A stretch of 58,437 nucleotides of DNA, counting the filler, from Basidiobolus ranarum (taxonomy: Eukaryota): NCBI GenBank assembly GCA_040143965.1. It is 3 parts of 3 records of this genome, joined end to end, with 100 filler letters (N's around TTAATTAATTAA, not from the genome) between each part and the next. Parts side by side here need not be neighbours in the genome. Positions count along the whole stretch, not along the records: positions 19,550 to 38,984 come from JASJQH010000250.1; positions 39,085 to 58,437 come from JASJQH010000252.1; 1 more part is not named here. The stretch is one strand, 5' to 3'. Below the pieces are notes generated by a model that was not told the origin of the DNA, ran no database searches, and worked only from the letters and a program-made list of their open reading frames with translations. Position 1 is the first letter of the stretch, and every line of letters begins with the position of its first letter. Positions 26,442-40,489 of the stretch are shown piece by piece. The position numbers and the translations under genes were made by a program.

Positions 26442-28144
26442 ATGGGAAGCTTACTATTACTTAACCTGAAGAGAGGTCCACAATCTTTTATCAGCCTCCC
26501 GAATAGATTTCTGGGAGCTAAAAGGCCCTCGAATTTCTTAAGTGGACGTACATTTGGTACTAGCAAGGTTGTCTGCTATTGAAATTTATTCTGTCAAATT
26601 GTTCTTGGAATTAGCAAATGAAGGTAGAACTTAACCATATATTATTTACTTGAAATAGTCAAATTACCAAGGACTTCGGATTCTTTTCTTTGGAACTGAC
26701 AACTTCTCCTTGGCCTCTCTAAAACGTCTGGTGGAGTATAAAAGTACCGACTCTTTCAAAGTTCTTTGAGTTGTATCCTATTCCTCTAAACACAACATTC
26801 GTCTTTATAGAGGAGAATCCAACCGGGTTTATCAAAAGTCTTGATGTCGTAACCCCACCTGATCAACGTAGAGGTAGAGGGTTAAAGATAATCCAGAAGG
26901 GTAAATATTCAGCATATATTCGTAATGAGAAGAGAACCAAGTGTTGACCTTGATTTGTTCATAGCACCGCTTAAAGTATATGCTGAGGAAGAAGGCTTAA
27001 CTGTATTTCATCCACCTCCAAAAACGATGAAGGGCTGGGAGGTTAGTTGGTATCCAATTGGACAATACCTTCCATTTCTGGTGTTCTTTTCTCTCTCTAA
27101 TACTGTACATTCCCAGATGCCAAAACCCTCGCAAGATCCCTCAGGAACCTTTGACTTGGGAATAGTGGTGTCATTTGGATATTTTTTACCATCACGGATT
27201 CTACGTAGTTTCACAAAAGGGGCAGTCAACGTTCACCCCTCATTGCTACCCAAGTTCTCTTCTACTCTTTTACCTCAATTCTCTTAAAAGATCAGAAGAT
27301 TTACTTATAAATTGTAGATACAGGGGGGCTTCGCCAATCCAATATGCAATTCTTAACGGCGACGAGAAGACTGGTGTCTCAATTATGGAGTTGCATGAGG
27401 AAATCTTCGATGCTGGTCGTATTCTTAAGCAAGTAGAAGTGGTAAATATCTCAGAAATCTTCGTAAAATCGCTTGATCTCTTAGTAACAAAGCCAATACT
27501 TTGTGACCAATATTAGCCGATGCCAGAAGAGCCATTTTACCATGAGATGGAGAAGTATCTAGGGGATATTGGATCCAAGGCACTGTTCGAAACAGTCAGT
27601 GATTTTGAAGAATCCAAGGTAATTCCGGTTTAAGTCATCAATTAGCGAATGTTAATTGCTTAGCCTTACCTGTATTGTGTTAGAGGAATGCTGTGTTACA
27701 AGATGTTTCTAAAGTGACTCTAGCTCCCAAAATCTCCAAAGATATGGCGCTTATTGACTGGAGTAAGCAGTCAGCAGAAGAAATTTACAGGCGCTTTCGG
27801 GCCATTGGGGCCAAGGTAGAGTCTAAATCTGAGCATATATTAACTGAATCGATACTGAGAAATATCCCCCCTCTTCTCCTTAGTTTCCCTTAACATCCAC
27901 TTTTCGTGATTTGGGGATACAGCTCATGAATATACAAGTGGCACATCCCACCGAAGAGCTTTCTGACGTCAATCCTGGAACCATATACTTAAATAGAACG
28001 TCACAAAATATTCAAATTGTCTGCAAAGACGCTACCATGATTGAATGCAACTCGGTTAAACTAGAAAACAAGAAAGCCTGCTCAGTTAAAGACTTCGTCA
28101 ATGGTTATAGTATTATAAGCGGAGAAACTCGATTTGCCAGTTAG
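26442..28144 (+). CDS. FMT1: Mitochondrial methionyl-tRNA formyltransferase, multi-exon
   Basis: Basic presequence, then [82 protein letters not shown]. Confidence 0.93.
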
Positions 28145-28989
28145 GTTTGAATGATACTTGAAAAATCCCCAATAAATGAGTGACTTAATGCTCTTGACCA
28201 ATTCTTGTAATTCTTTAATCAACTCGCTACCAGATATGTTTCTTTACAAACTCGAAACTTATAGTAAGACTACTATTAACTCTCACACAAACAAAATATC
28301 CTCATATTTGTCAAGTTATTCTGAGTTGTCTAGTATAGTAGTACGGATAGAACCCATTTGTCTGCTACCACTTCTAAAATACCAACAAATTGCTTCAACG
28401 TCAACCAACTTGAATTCACCTATAACCTAGAAATCCGCCTTTCAAAAGTGACCTCTTAACAACCCTACGCCTAAACCCACTGCACATAATATAATTATAA
28501 CTAGCTCGGTTATCAACTTAGCCAAGGAAAAGTATAGTAAGAAAACGGATTTACAAAGACCAATATCTCATGATAAAGAGGAGTATTGGAACTGAGAAGA
28601 TTCCCATTCTACCTTAAGTTGAAATGATTTCTACGGGATATTTAGAATGTCGAAACATGCGTAGCAATTCTGTCAGATACTAGTTATACAGATAGAACAT
28701 CAATGTAGTTCTATAAGTCTAGGAATCGAATCATTCATGTTACATTTTTTGGATTTTTGGTTGGGGGTTTTTCAATGCTTTGAAAACTGAACTTCTCCAG
28801 GTTTATTTTAATGTTCATCGTTTAATGCTTGAGTGTAATCTTCAACCTATAACAAATAATTTGTTACTTGAATGAATTTCTATTGAATTTTGGAGGATTC
28901 GTTTTCATATGTATTTATGATATTTGTATATATCTAGAAATCTCGATAGAACGTATGTTGTTGAACAAAATAAAATATTGATGCCATTT

Positions 28990-29427
28990 TCACATATTGG
29001 TTTGGAAAGGAGAAGGTGGTAGCTGTTGTTGTTGTTGCTGGCTCATCATTGCAGCATTTTGTTCGGCAAAGCGTTGACCAATGCGATCGTTATGCTTCAA
29101 GAATTTATCAATGCAGCGACCTACACAAGTATCCTAAGAAGTGAAGTTTAGTCAGTTTAAAAGCTCCTCTCTCCCACTCTAAATGAAATATTAATAACTA
29201 CCTCTCTTGTGGTAAGAGCTTTTGTTGTGAAATCTTTGATACAATCGTTGAAACACCTTTGTACGAGAGAAGAATAAAGACGCATGAAATCTTTCATCTA
29301 GAAGAGTATCATAATTAGTGAAATCCCGGTGAAAAAAACTCGGAATCTTTCAATAGCTCACCTGTTTCTCTTGTAATATCTGCTCCATATGAGAGCGTTC
29401 GGCTGGTGAAAGGTGGTTGAAATCCAT
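28990..29427 (-). CDS. TIM9: Mitochondrial small Tim chaperone Tim9, 3 exons
   Basis: Spliced translation [80 protein letters not shown]..; twin CX3C motif. Absent from the ORF track. Confidence 0.95.
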
Positions 29428-29846
29428 AACGAGTTATTCTTGTCAATTGAAAATTCTCAAGCGAGACTAAGTTTGACTTGAACTGACCAAATTTTCCTTT
29501 TGAGCTTAGTATAGAAAATTTTCTATCTTCAAGAGGCTTTGGAAATCGAAAAAATAGGGGACTACCCTTCACCCCTCCCCCGAAATAGACTATTATTATA
29601 TATGATTTTAAACTTTATAGGAAATGAAACTAGAAATGGCTAGATAATCGGATTGAAATTTTTGTTCGTTTATATATGATTCTTCGTAAGGCATGAATGA
29701 ACTCTAGTATAATATGCTTAATTCTTTCTGAAGGGTTATATTTCGTTCGCAGGAAAGGTCAGCCCCTACATATCCGTTCAATATATCATACTTCACAAAC
29801 ACATCTAGAATCTTTTTATTGAGAACAAAGCCTCATTTACGATTAT

Positions 29847-31331
<1,485 letters not shown>

Positions 31332-31627
31332 CTTGTTAACTCTAAAAGTTCGACTGTTTATTCGCTTTTACAGACGACAACTGGTAATGGCCATTGAGTT
31401 TCTATTCACTTGAAATTTGGAAAAATCGAAGAAAAAAATGAGCATACAACCTGGTTTAGGTTAAGTATGTTATGAAAATCTAGGTCGGAGATTATGCATC
31501 ATTTTAGTTGTTTCACACATCAAAACAATTATACGAATGAATAATATCAAAACACCAATGATGTTTGTCAAGATATAATGTCAACTTAAATGACTACTCT
31601 TCTTATCACTAAACCTTGAACAAACTC

Positions 31628-32671
31628 ATGTCCTCTATCGACCATTTGATAAATTCTTTGCAGCTAGAGCAAAACTTAAAAGTAGCCGAGAAAGCACGTG
31701 AATTTCTCGAGTTAGTTAATTTCAAGCTCCCTACCGCCTCGTTGAAGCAAGGCGGTGTTTGCAAGCCAGCTTTATGTGTTCAGTTAGCTTGTGAAAGGTA
31801 TATATTCTTTTTTATTATCCAAAAAAAGCTTTATTTGTTTGGGTGGTGAGAGTGAGACTAGAATTTCTTCAGTATTTAACTATTTATTTATCTAAGTTTA
31901 CATGAAGAGTTCAGTCAACCTGCGTTGATATCCCTATCTGGAGTACCACTCAATGTTTATCGTAATACCTTAGCCATTGTTAAGCGTAGCCTTTCTTTAG
32001 ATAATCAGGTAACCATAGATGAGCTAGGAGTTCAATTTGGTTGCACCCAAATCACTCCTTCAGTAGCTCAACTTATGTCAGCTTTCCGAGAAAAATGGTC
32101 CTCAATGCTAACTGCTGCTCAACTAACAAGTGTGGATTTCGAGCAACCGGTTTATATAGCTACCGCGTTTTATAAGTGCTGTAAAAGTTTGGGCGTTAGA
32201 ATAGACAAAGCTAGTATTATCACCATATGTGGATGCCCAAACAACCAATTTAATGGAGTTCTAAAGGTATTGGAGCAGATTTGTAAAGAAGAAATCAAAG
32301 CCTTAGAAGATTCCAAAAAAGGCGCCAAAACTCCAAAGAAGAAAAAGAAAGCTCAAGAGGAAATGGATACTGATGAACCAGTTTCTACAGAAAATGGTGA
32401 AAAACCCCCACTTGAAAACTCAAAAACTCCCGTACAAAAATCACCGGTCAAAGCAGCCAAACCGATACAGTCCGACCCAGCCCAAATTCAAGGACCCGTT
32501 AGTGGGGTCGCTGCTATGGTAAACGCAATCCATTCACTTCGAACTTGTCTGATATTTTATTGATCTTTGCCCCTCTGAACCCACTAGATTTCCGGAATAG
32601 ACTACAGACACACACGCAAATATAGAGAGTATCTCAATTGGAAGCAGTCCATCTTAACTGAAATCCAATAA
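31628..32671 (+). CDS. ORC6: Origin recognition complex subunit 6, 3 exons
   Basis: KAREFLEL..CKPALCVQLACE; LSLDNQVTIDELGVQFGC; VDFEQPVYIATAFY.CCK; C-terminal exon DYRHTRKYREYLNWKQSIL resembles the conserved Orc6 terminal helix. Confidence 0.88.
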
Positions 32672-32941
32672 TCCCAGTTGCAACAATTTGCAAGCGTATT
32701 TGGATTTGTTAGCAACTGTTACTGTAGATTTGTACAGCGATTTGATTAATAAAATATCCATGAAAAACATTCAATTTTAGAACCAATTTATTTCAATCAA
32801 CGATGAAGAGTTCCTTTCGCAGGATGCTAAGGCACGGTCAAGTAAAGATGAGGAACGTTCTACGAATATGTATAAATGAACATGACCGGACGCCAGTAGC
32901 GGGGTAATAGAAGATAAGAAAAGGAAGGAATCGTGAAGAAT

Positions 32942-34251
32942 TTACACCTTCTTGACAATTTGAACGACATCTTCATCAGCGAGGTAATGGTCCTTTCCGA
33001 CTTTCTGTGGATTATGCTTGACAGAACTACCCCAAACCAGAGCATATCTGAATTGACGAACAATGCCTTTATGGATGTTGTTACAGAAGTCCTCCATAGA
33101 TGATTGACCACGCTTCAAGACCACTGGGGTTCCATAGTCGGGAAGTTGACCCTTGGGCTTCGTGTACACACGAACCAAACTTAAGTATTGCCACATTTTG
33201 TCCAGCAATTCATCGAAGTTCCACTCGTGGTGGGCAGAAATAGGCACTGCATGGGGAATCTTGTAAATCAAGTCAAGCTCCTCAATGGAGACCTGATCGA
33301 TCTTGTTCAAAACGTAGATGGCAGGAACATACACTCGATTTCCTTCAATAACATCGATAAGATCATCAGCAGTTGCGTCACAACGAATGGAGATATCAGC
33401 ATTATGAATCTTATACTCAGACAAGATAGCCTTAACTCCATCAAAATCTAAATTAGTCAGGGGAACAGTATTTGTCATGTTGATACCACCCTTTTCCTTC
33501 TTCTTGAAGTAGATGTTGGGAGGTTGTTTGTTCAGTCTAATACCGAACCCTTCCAATTCACGTTCGATAAGACCCTTGTCGGTAAGAGGCTTAAGGACAT
33601 CCAAAACAAGGAAAATGAGGGAACAGGTACGTGCGACAGCAATAACCTGACGACCACGACCCTTGCCATCTTTGGCACCTTCAATAATACCGGGCAAATC
33701 AAGAATCTATGGGATGCTGGTAAGCAGGTGGAGTTTAATCAAAACTATGATAAATAGATACATACCTGGATTTTGGCACCTTTGTATTGAACGACACCTG
33801 GAACGGTTGTGAGGGTTGTGAACTCATAAGCTCCAACCTCAGAGTGGGTGCCAGTTAACTTTGACATTAAAGTGGATTTACCAACAGAGGGGAAGCCTGT
33901 ATTAAAAGAATGGAGCAGGCAATTCTTTAGTCAAAATGAGCTATATTTAGTTATAAGAACGTAGATAGCAACAAACCTACGAAACCAACACGTGCTACAC
34001 CAGTCTTGGCAACATCGAAACCAGCTTTAAGAAGAATTGGTGAGATCTCAGAAAACCATTTGTATATGCAAAACAATCTAAATATACATACCGCCTTCAC
34101 CGCCACCACCTGAGCTTTTAGGGGCAATCAACTCACGACGAAGTTTAGCAAGTTTGGCCTTTAAGATACCCAAATGATTGGAAGTAGCCTTATTTTTTTG
34201 GGTACGAGCCATTTCGGTCTCGATCTCCTTAATCTTCTCTACGACCGACAT
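32942..34251 (-). CDS. RBG1: Developmentally regulated GTP-binding protein DRG1/Rbg1, 4 exons
   Basis: [88 protein letters not shown] domain. Confidence 0.97.
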
Positions 34252-34693
34252 GATGAATAGCTAGATAGATAGAGCATAGGATATTTTTGTCGTTTAGTAA
34301 ATATTCTATTGATGATTGTGAGGTCTGTTATCCGAACATGAAGTTTCTTACATTTCACGGTTTAAAGGAGGTACCAAGAAAAACCACAAATGAGGTTAAA
34401 AAATAAGAATCCCGCAGAGAAGTGTAATAAACTACTTTTTTTTTGCTATACACGGTATCAACGTTGATCAAGCTTGATTTCCCCCAATTGTGAAGTACAA
34501 TGAAAGGTCATTTTTTTTCCATCTTTTTTCTATTTTGTTCTTTTAACAATCACTCTTCATAACTTTAATCAGATTTGGATAATTGCTTGCTCATTGGTTT
34601 ATTAATCAGCCTGAATGGTTGATTGCCATATATATTTACTCTATGGTAGTTAATTCTGTGCAGGAATCAATAATTTCGATACGTCAGCCTCGC

Positions 34694-35528
34694 CTAATGG
34701 CATATAAATAGGATCACAAGACTCAACAACCAATTTCGGTGGCTAAGAAACGCATTGATTTTAGGTTGGTCGGAAGTCACCTCTGATTGATCAGTCTTGC
34801 CAAACACCACTACCGGGCCCTTACCCATGGACTCTTGATTGAATGGGAGTAACCAGGAATCTCCCTGTTCGGATTTGATCATGACATAAGTACCTTCTGG
34901 AGGAGAAGACCCAGAGTAGGAGGCTGCATCCATCACTACCTGCACAGGTGTTGCTTGAGACAACGCGTTTCCCTGATATAAGGGATCGTATACAGATCCT
35001 GTAAGTGTCGGTTGCACGTTGACTCCTGTTGAGAACGGATTGAAAGAGCTTGCAACAGGTCCTACACTCGGTATAGTGTATGGAACAGTAGGAGAGGCGT
35101 ACGAAATAGGGTACGTGGTGTAAGGAATAGGGTAAGGTGTCGTGTACGGGTTATAAGGGTTTACGTATGAAGGCTGGAAAGTGGGTGATATGGGTGCCAT
35201 TGTAACTGGTGGCAGTGGAAATAGTATGGTGTAGGTTAGCTTTAGGGACGCGGTGCCCACAGCCGGGCTTGACTTAGTCTCTATGCACAACGATACAAGT
35301 GGAGGAATTGTATGGGTTAGTATAAGAGCAGCTAGATTGCTATCTTTCAATATCCTTACTCTTGTGATTTAGTTGATTGAGATCTTCACCATATACTAAA
35401 TGTGTGCAACCTATAAAGAAATGGTTGGCATTAGAACTGAGTTGGGGATGGTGGAAGTGGCTTCAAGTGTTCGCGAACTTACTATTTAGTACAAGAACGA
35501 GTGAAAGTAAGGAATAAAGATTCTTCAT
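34694..35528 (-). CDS. Predicted secreted, probably GPI-anchored, Pro/Tyr/Thr-rich surface protein, 3 exons
   Basis: ATG 35528 MKNLYSLLSLVLVLN|SCTHLVYG (signal-like); two GT-AG introns, the second with a perfect TACTAAC, splice in frame into the 218-aa ORF; hydrophobic end WLLSLVILFICH*. Confidence 0.75.
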
Positions 35529-36279
35529 GGTTTGCTTAGATAACCAAGTGGGTAGCCGGGGTAGATTGTTGAGACTGCCTTTGATGGTTAGACAACAAAC
35601 TGAATTTATATAGAACTCGAATGTACAAAAATAGAGAACAAATTAATCCAAATAAACCATGGAGCTTGACTAATAGGTCTTCATTATTAGCCAGAGACTA
35701 GCTACAGCCATTCAATAAGCGAGTTTGGGAATGAACCTGAGCAACTAGCGGCATTGTAGATATTAATTTGACGGGGTATTTCAACATGTCAGCTCATGCT
35801 AAGGCGGTTCCGATCTTATTGGCAGACTCTATCAGCATATTGGTCAATTATCAGCTCGTACTTGCTAAATAAATGAAAGTGTTTGTGAGGTCGAAATCCC
35901 ACATCTATTTCCCTCATCAAGGTCGGGTTGATTGGTACAAGTTGCCGGTGGTCGCCAGTGATGACATGCAATTCTCAAGCCTATCACACATATACCTTGA
36001 CACGCAAAAATAGACTGGTTTTCTCCAAACGTTTGGCATAAATTCCTTGTCATCAAATTCGAGTACAATATATCCTAGTTTCAAATAAGTGGATTTTTTT
36101 TACTGGAGGATGCCATTAATGGACGCATGAAAAAAAGTACATCAGAGAAACTACAATTGGATAGCCATATACTTGAAAAGATAATGTTGAGAAGAAAAAA
36201 ATGAAATTCTAGTAGAAAAGGAAGTAACTGGTAACAAGTTGTAGTAACGCCAATTTTCTACACTGCATTTTAACGGATA

Positions 36280-37890
36280 ATGACTGCTCAAACCCCAGAT
36301 ATCTCAAAATTGTACGATACTGTCCTTATTTTGGATTTTGGTTCACAATATTCCCATCTTATCACACGTCGTATTCGTGAAGTTGGTGTTTACTGCGAGC
36401 TTCTCCCATGTACTCAAAAGATTAGTGAATTACATTTCAAGCCTAAGGGTGTTATCCTCTCTGGTAGCCCTTACTCGGTTTACGACACTGATGCCCCTCA
36501 TGTCGATCCAGCTGTCTTCGACTTGGGCGTTCCCATTCTTGGAATTTGTTACGGCTTACAGGAAATTACCTGGGTCAACGGGGGTAAGGTTGCCCCTTGT
36601 GACCATCGTGAATACGGTCACGCTATGTTAAATATCGTCAAGCACGATGAACATCCATTTGTCGATCGTCTTTTCAATACATTAGAGGGGGAAATGCAAG
36701 TCTGGATGTCTCACGGAGATCAATTATCTGAGCCACCCATGGGTTATCGTGTCATCGGTAGAACCAATACTGCACCTTATGCCGCTATTGCTAATGAGGA
36801 GAGACATATCTTTGGTATTCAATTCCATCCCGAAGTTACCCATACTCCTCAGGGTAAGGTCCTTCTCAAGAATTTCGTCATTGATGTTTGTGAGTGCGAA
36901 GCCAACTGGACTATGGAGTCATTCATTGATAAAGAGATTGAACGGATTCGTAGAGTCGTCGGTCCCACTGCCCAAGTTGTTGGTGCAGTTTCTGGTGGTG
37001 TCGATTCCACTGTTGCTGCCAAACTCATGACTGAAGCTATTGGTGATCGTTTCCATGCTATTCTTGTAGATAATGGTGTTATGCGCCTCAATGAATGTCA
37101 AAATGTAAAGGCTATTCTTAGTGAACATTTAGGTATTAACCTCAAGGTGGTTGATGCTGCTGATTTATTCTTAGGAAAACTCAAGGGTGTTACTGATCCT
37201 GAAAAGAAACGTAAAATCATTGGTAACACTTTCATTGAAGTGTTTGAATCTGAGGCTGCTACTCTCGACACAGACTTTGAGACAATCGGTAAGGGTAAAA
37301 TCGAGTTCTTGCTTCAAGGTACTCTTTACCCCGATGTTATCGAGTCTATTTCATTCAAGGGTCCTTCTGCTACCATCAAGACACATCACAACGTCGGTGG
37401 CCTCTTGGACGATATGAAGTTGAAGCTTATTGAACCCCTTCGTGAGTTATTCAAGGATGAAGTTCGTTCCCTTGGAAAGGTTATGGGCATTGATGATGAA
37501 CTTGTTTGGCGTCATCCTTTCCCAGGTCCTGGTATTGCTATTCGTATTCTTGGTGAAGTCACACCAAGCCAGGTTGAGATTGCTCGTCTTGCTGATCATA
37601 TTTACATAGAGGAGATTAAGAAAGCTGATCTCTATCGTAAGACTAGCCAGGCTTTCGCCGCTCTTCTCCCTATTAAATCCGTAGGTGTTATGGGCGACAA
37701 ACGTACTTACGAACAAGTTATTGTTCTTCGTGCCGTAGAAACATCTGACTTCATGACTGCTGACTGGTACCCTATGCCTTACGACGTGATCAAGAAGATA
37801 TCTAGTAGAATCATCAATGAGGTCAAGGGCGTCAATCGGGTCGTATATGATGTTAGTTCTAAGCCTCCCTCTACCATTGAATGGGAATAA
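36280..37890 (+). CDS. GUA1: GMP synthase (glutamine-hydrolysing), intronless
   Basis: [16 protein letters not shown] (catalytic Cys), [34 protein letters not shown]. Confidence 0.98.
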   Translation: MTAQTPDISKLYDTVLILDFGSQYSHLITRRIREVGVYCELLPCTQKISELHFKPKGVILSGSPYSVYDTDAPHVDPAVFDLGVPILGICYGLQEITWVNGGKVAPCDHREYGHAMLNIVKHDEHPFVDRLFNTLEGEMQVWMSHGDQLSEPPMGYRVIGRTNTAPYAAIANEERHIFGIQFHPEVTHTPQGKVLLKNFVIDVCECEANWTMESFIDKEIERIRRVVGPTAQVVGAVSGGVDSTVAAKLMTEAIGDRFHAILVDNGVMRLNECQNVKAILSEHLGINLKVVDAADLFLGKLKGVTDPEKKRKIIGNTFIEVFESEAATLDTDFETIGKGKIEFLLQGTLYPDVIESISFKGPSATIKTHHNVGGLLDDMKLKLIEPLRELFKDEVRSLGKVMGIDDELVWRHPFPGPGIAIRILGEVTPSQVEIARLADHIYIEEIKKADLYRKTSQAFAALLPIKSVGVMGDKRTYEQVIVLRAVETSDFMTADWYPMPYDVIKKISSRIINEVKGVNRVVYDVSSKPPSTIEWE

Positions 37891-38445
37891 TTAGAGTTAA
37901 GCATGTAAAGATCATAATTACTCCCTACCTACTATATACATCAAAATCGTACATTTATCCTACTGCAATTCTTAACCTACTACTATACGTGTGATTTTCA
38001 TTCACACCTAATCTAAATTGTCCATCTGTATAACTACTCTGCTTTGAATAAAGATAAATTCCATTGCTCACCATCCCACTTTTCTTTGAATCAGTTGGTT
38101 TCACGCATGTTTATTATTGTAAACAATCATGTTGGACCAAACCAGATTTGACGGTAATTAGATTAGTAAATTAGTGTAACATTTACAAAAGCAAACGTAG
38201 ATACGGACGACCAGGGAGCGAATTAATTGGTTGGAATGTTGATACTAATTTTAGATCAAATACGATACTCGGGACAAAGAGAAAGATTATGCACATCTGC
38301 GAGTGAGACGAGAATCAAATTAAAGCAAGAATATATGATCAAATAAAGCAGAGATGCGTGTATACTGTACATGTATGGATGTTCGGATCGTGTAACAAAA
38401 TCTGCACACTAGGCTTGAGAGTACACTAGGTGGAGAAGCCATCTT

Positions 38446-38859
38446 TCAAGAAAAAAACAACTTCTTCAATTTACTTACACACTTTCCCCATAGGTGAAAC
38501 TTCGTATGGCGAGTAAATGCCGATGAGGGCGAAGTGCGTTCACACGTAGCAAGTTGGATGGATGTTTCTGTCTTCTCTGTTGCGGGACGAGCACCACACG
38601 AGTTACCGATCTGGATGAAGTAGTCTATATCTAGGGGATATAGCGATGAGTGTCTCGTTAAGGGGAAGGTATGGCGGGAGGAGAGCATTGGAGGCGCTTC
38701 AATATTCACTTTTACGATTCCTGATTTGGTCCGGCTTTCTTCTGTAGTGACTGCTTGATTAGTGTTTTGATCGGCGCCTAAAGTGCGATATGATAAGGCA
38801 GGATTTGAGGCTGATAGTATAGAGCTTGACCCAATCTGTATTAAGTGATCAATATCCAT
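38446..38859 (-). CDS. Hypothetical 137-aa protein with an internal duplication
   Basis: ATG in an A-rich context (aaaaaATG); MDIDHLIQIGSS repeated as LDIDYFIQIGNS; TRH motif twice. Confidence 0.55.
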   Translation of the reverse strand: MDIDHLIQIGSSSILSASNPALSYRTLGADQNTNQAVTTEESRTKSGIVKVNIEAPPMLSSRHTFPLTRHSSLYPLDIDYFIQIGNSCGARPATEKTETSIQLATCERTSPSSAFTRHTKFHLWGKCVSKLKKLFFS

Positions 38860-38984
38860 TTTTTGGTTGTTGGAGATGAAATAATACTAAAAAAGTGAGA
38901 CAAGTAGGTTATGGAACTCAATCGATCACCTTCTAGACCATAGCAATTTTCATCCACATAGACAATCCCAGCGTCTTTTCCTTT

Positions 38985-39084
38985 NNNNNNNNNNNNNNNN
39001 NNNNNNNNNNNNNNNNNNNNNNNNNNNNTTAATTAATTAANNNNNNNNNNNNNNNNNNNNNNNNNNNNNNNNNNNNNNNNNNNN
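38985..39084. other. Artificial contig-join spacer
   Basis: 100-nt N run with central TTAATTAATTAA. Confidence 0.97.
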
Positions 39085-39387
39085 CATCATCAAAACTTCT
39101 TGAACAATATGGATGATGACCTTGACGAAGAGGATATAAATATTGTCAACACAGCGTTCCAAAATGCCGGAATGACCGGAGGTTACAAACCCCGCAGACG
39201 AGGTCATTTAACTCCAGGACCTCATGTTACTGGTGTCACGCCTGAAACGTTAAAAACAGGTCGGAATTCGATAAAGAGAAACAGTAGTTCTGACGATTCC
39301 ACTAGCCAAGGATTTGAACTTAGCTTAGATCAGGCGACGTTGTTAAGTAGAAGAAAAGGAAAGGCCGATGAATCGTCATCGGATTAA
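39085..39387 (+). CDS. 3' fragment of an unidentified protein with a low-complexity charged tail
   Basis: Frame open from the gap to TAA 39387; protein-like composition (DDDLDEED..KPRRRG..SSSDDS). Confidence 0.55.
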   Translation, partial: HHQNFLNNMDDDLDEEDINIVNTAFQNAGMTGGYKPRRRGHLTPGPHVTGVTPETLKTGRNSIKRNSSSDDSTSQGFELSLDQATLLSRRKGKADESSSD

Positions 39388-40489
39388 AGTCGAAAGAACG
39401 AGGAAATGTAATCATTATATTTTGAGAGGGCAGTTTTTGATTTCAATCCAATAGACCATGTAAGTGACACTTTGTCACATACATTCACTTGACACACTAT
39501 GTTTTCAAACGGGGAGCATAAGGATGCTTGATAAATATTAGTAATTCCTTTAGCAGCCTTACTAACACCAACTTGATTGTGCACCAACTTTGAATCAACC
39601 CTTTTTTTATACAGTCACTGAATCCACCCACCATTAGTAAGTGGTTCCCCAAGAATACAGTTTTTGAACTGAACTGGTTTCGGGCCAAGAATCAGTCAAT
39701 AAAAGCCGCTTGATTGAGTCGAGATTTTCTTTTCAGTTACCTTACCCTAAGAAAAAGTTCTTGGACAGAGAAAATTTAGGTAGAAATAGGCTATTAGGAT
39801 TCAATTCCTCGAATACTACATAAATATCAAAGGGTGATTTTCTTTGCACCATCTCTACGTCAGTATAAGTATCAATTTACTTGATGATAGTCAAATCTTG
39901 GTTGGTTTAGTCTCCAATTTCCAAGTACGTTTTTATATTGCATATACAAATGCTGAAGAAGGATTAGAGAGATCAATTGGCCTCACAATACTTGTATGTG
40001 CTAGTATAGATTATATTTCAACGCATGTGATGATTCTTGAATCAAGGAAGTTCATTTCGTTACAAATTCCATGAAAATAAGTGGAATGATTTGGTTTTAG
40101 GATTCCTTCAAGAGATTACTGGTTTATAAAAGTTGATAAATACCAAGGAAGGTAGTTATAACCAACACTGAATATAAAGGGAAATCCAAACTCTCGAGTA
40201 CACCAATTTCTTGGATAAATGAAATTTCAAGTTTGAATTTTATTGGGAAAATAAGTGAGTATAGTGACTGACATGATAATGAATAAGTAAATATAAAGCT
40301 CACCAACTATTCGAAAGTTATGGATTTAACGATTCAACTGATGCCAAAGTCGAAAAGTTATAGTGAGATCAAGGGTATCACAAATGAGAATGAATATACA
40401 TAACGACTAGGTATGAAGGAATACAGTTGTCTCACCTCAGGAACATCAAGTGCTCCATGGGAGTTAATCGATGCCAGGCCGATGTATGT

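Noticed and set aside
36338-37716. Alternate-frame and antisense ORFs over GUA1, and similar ones over RBG1, the UNC80-like gene and tyrosinase
   Set aside because: Shadows of codon bias in real genes; mostly non-ATG starts and no motifs.
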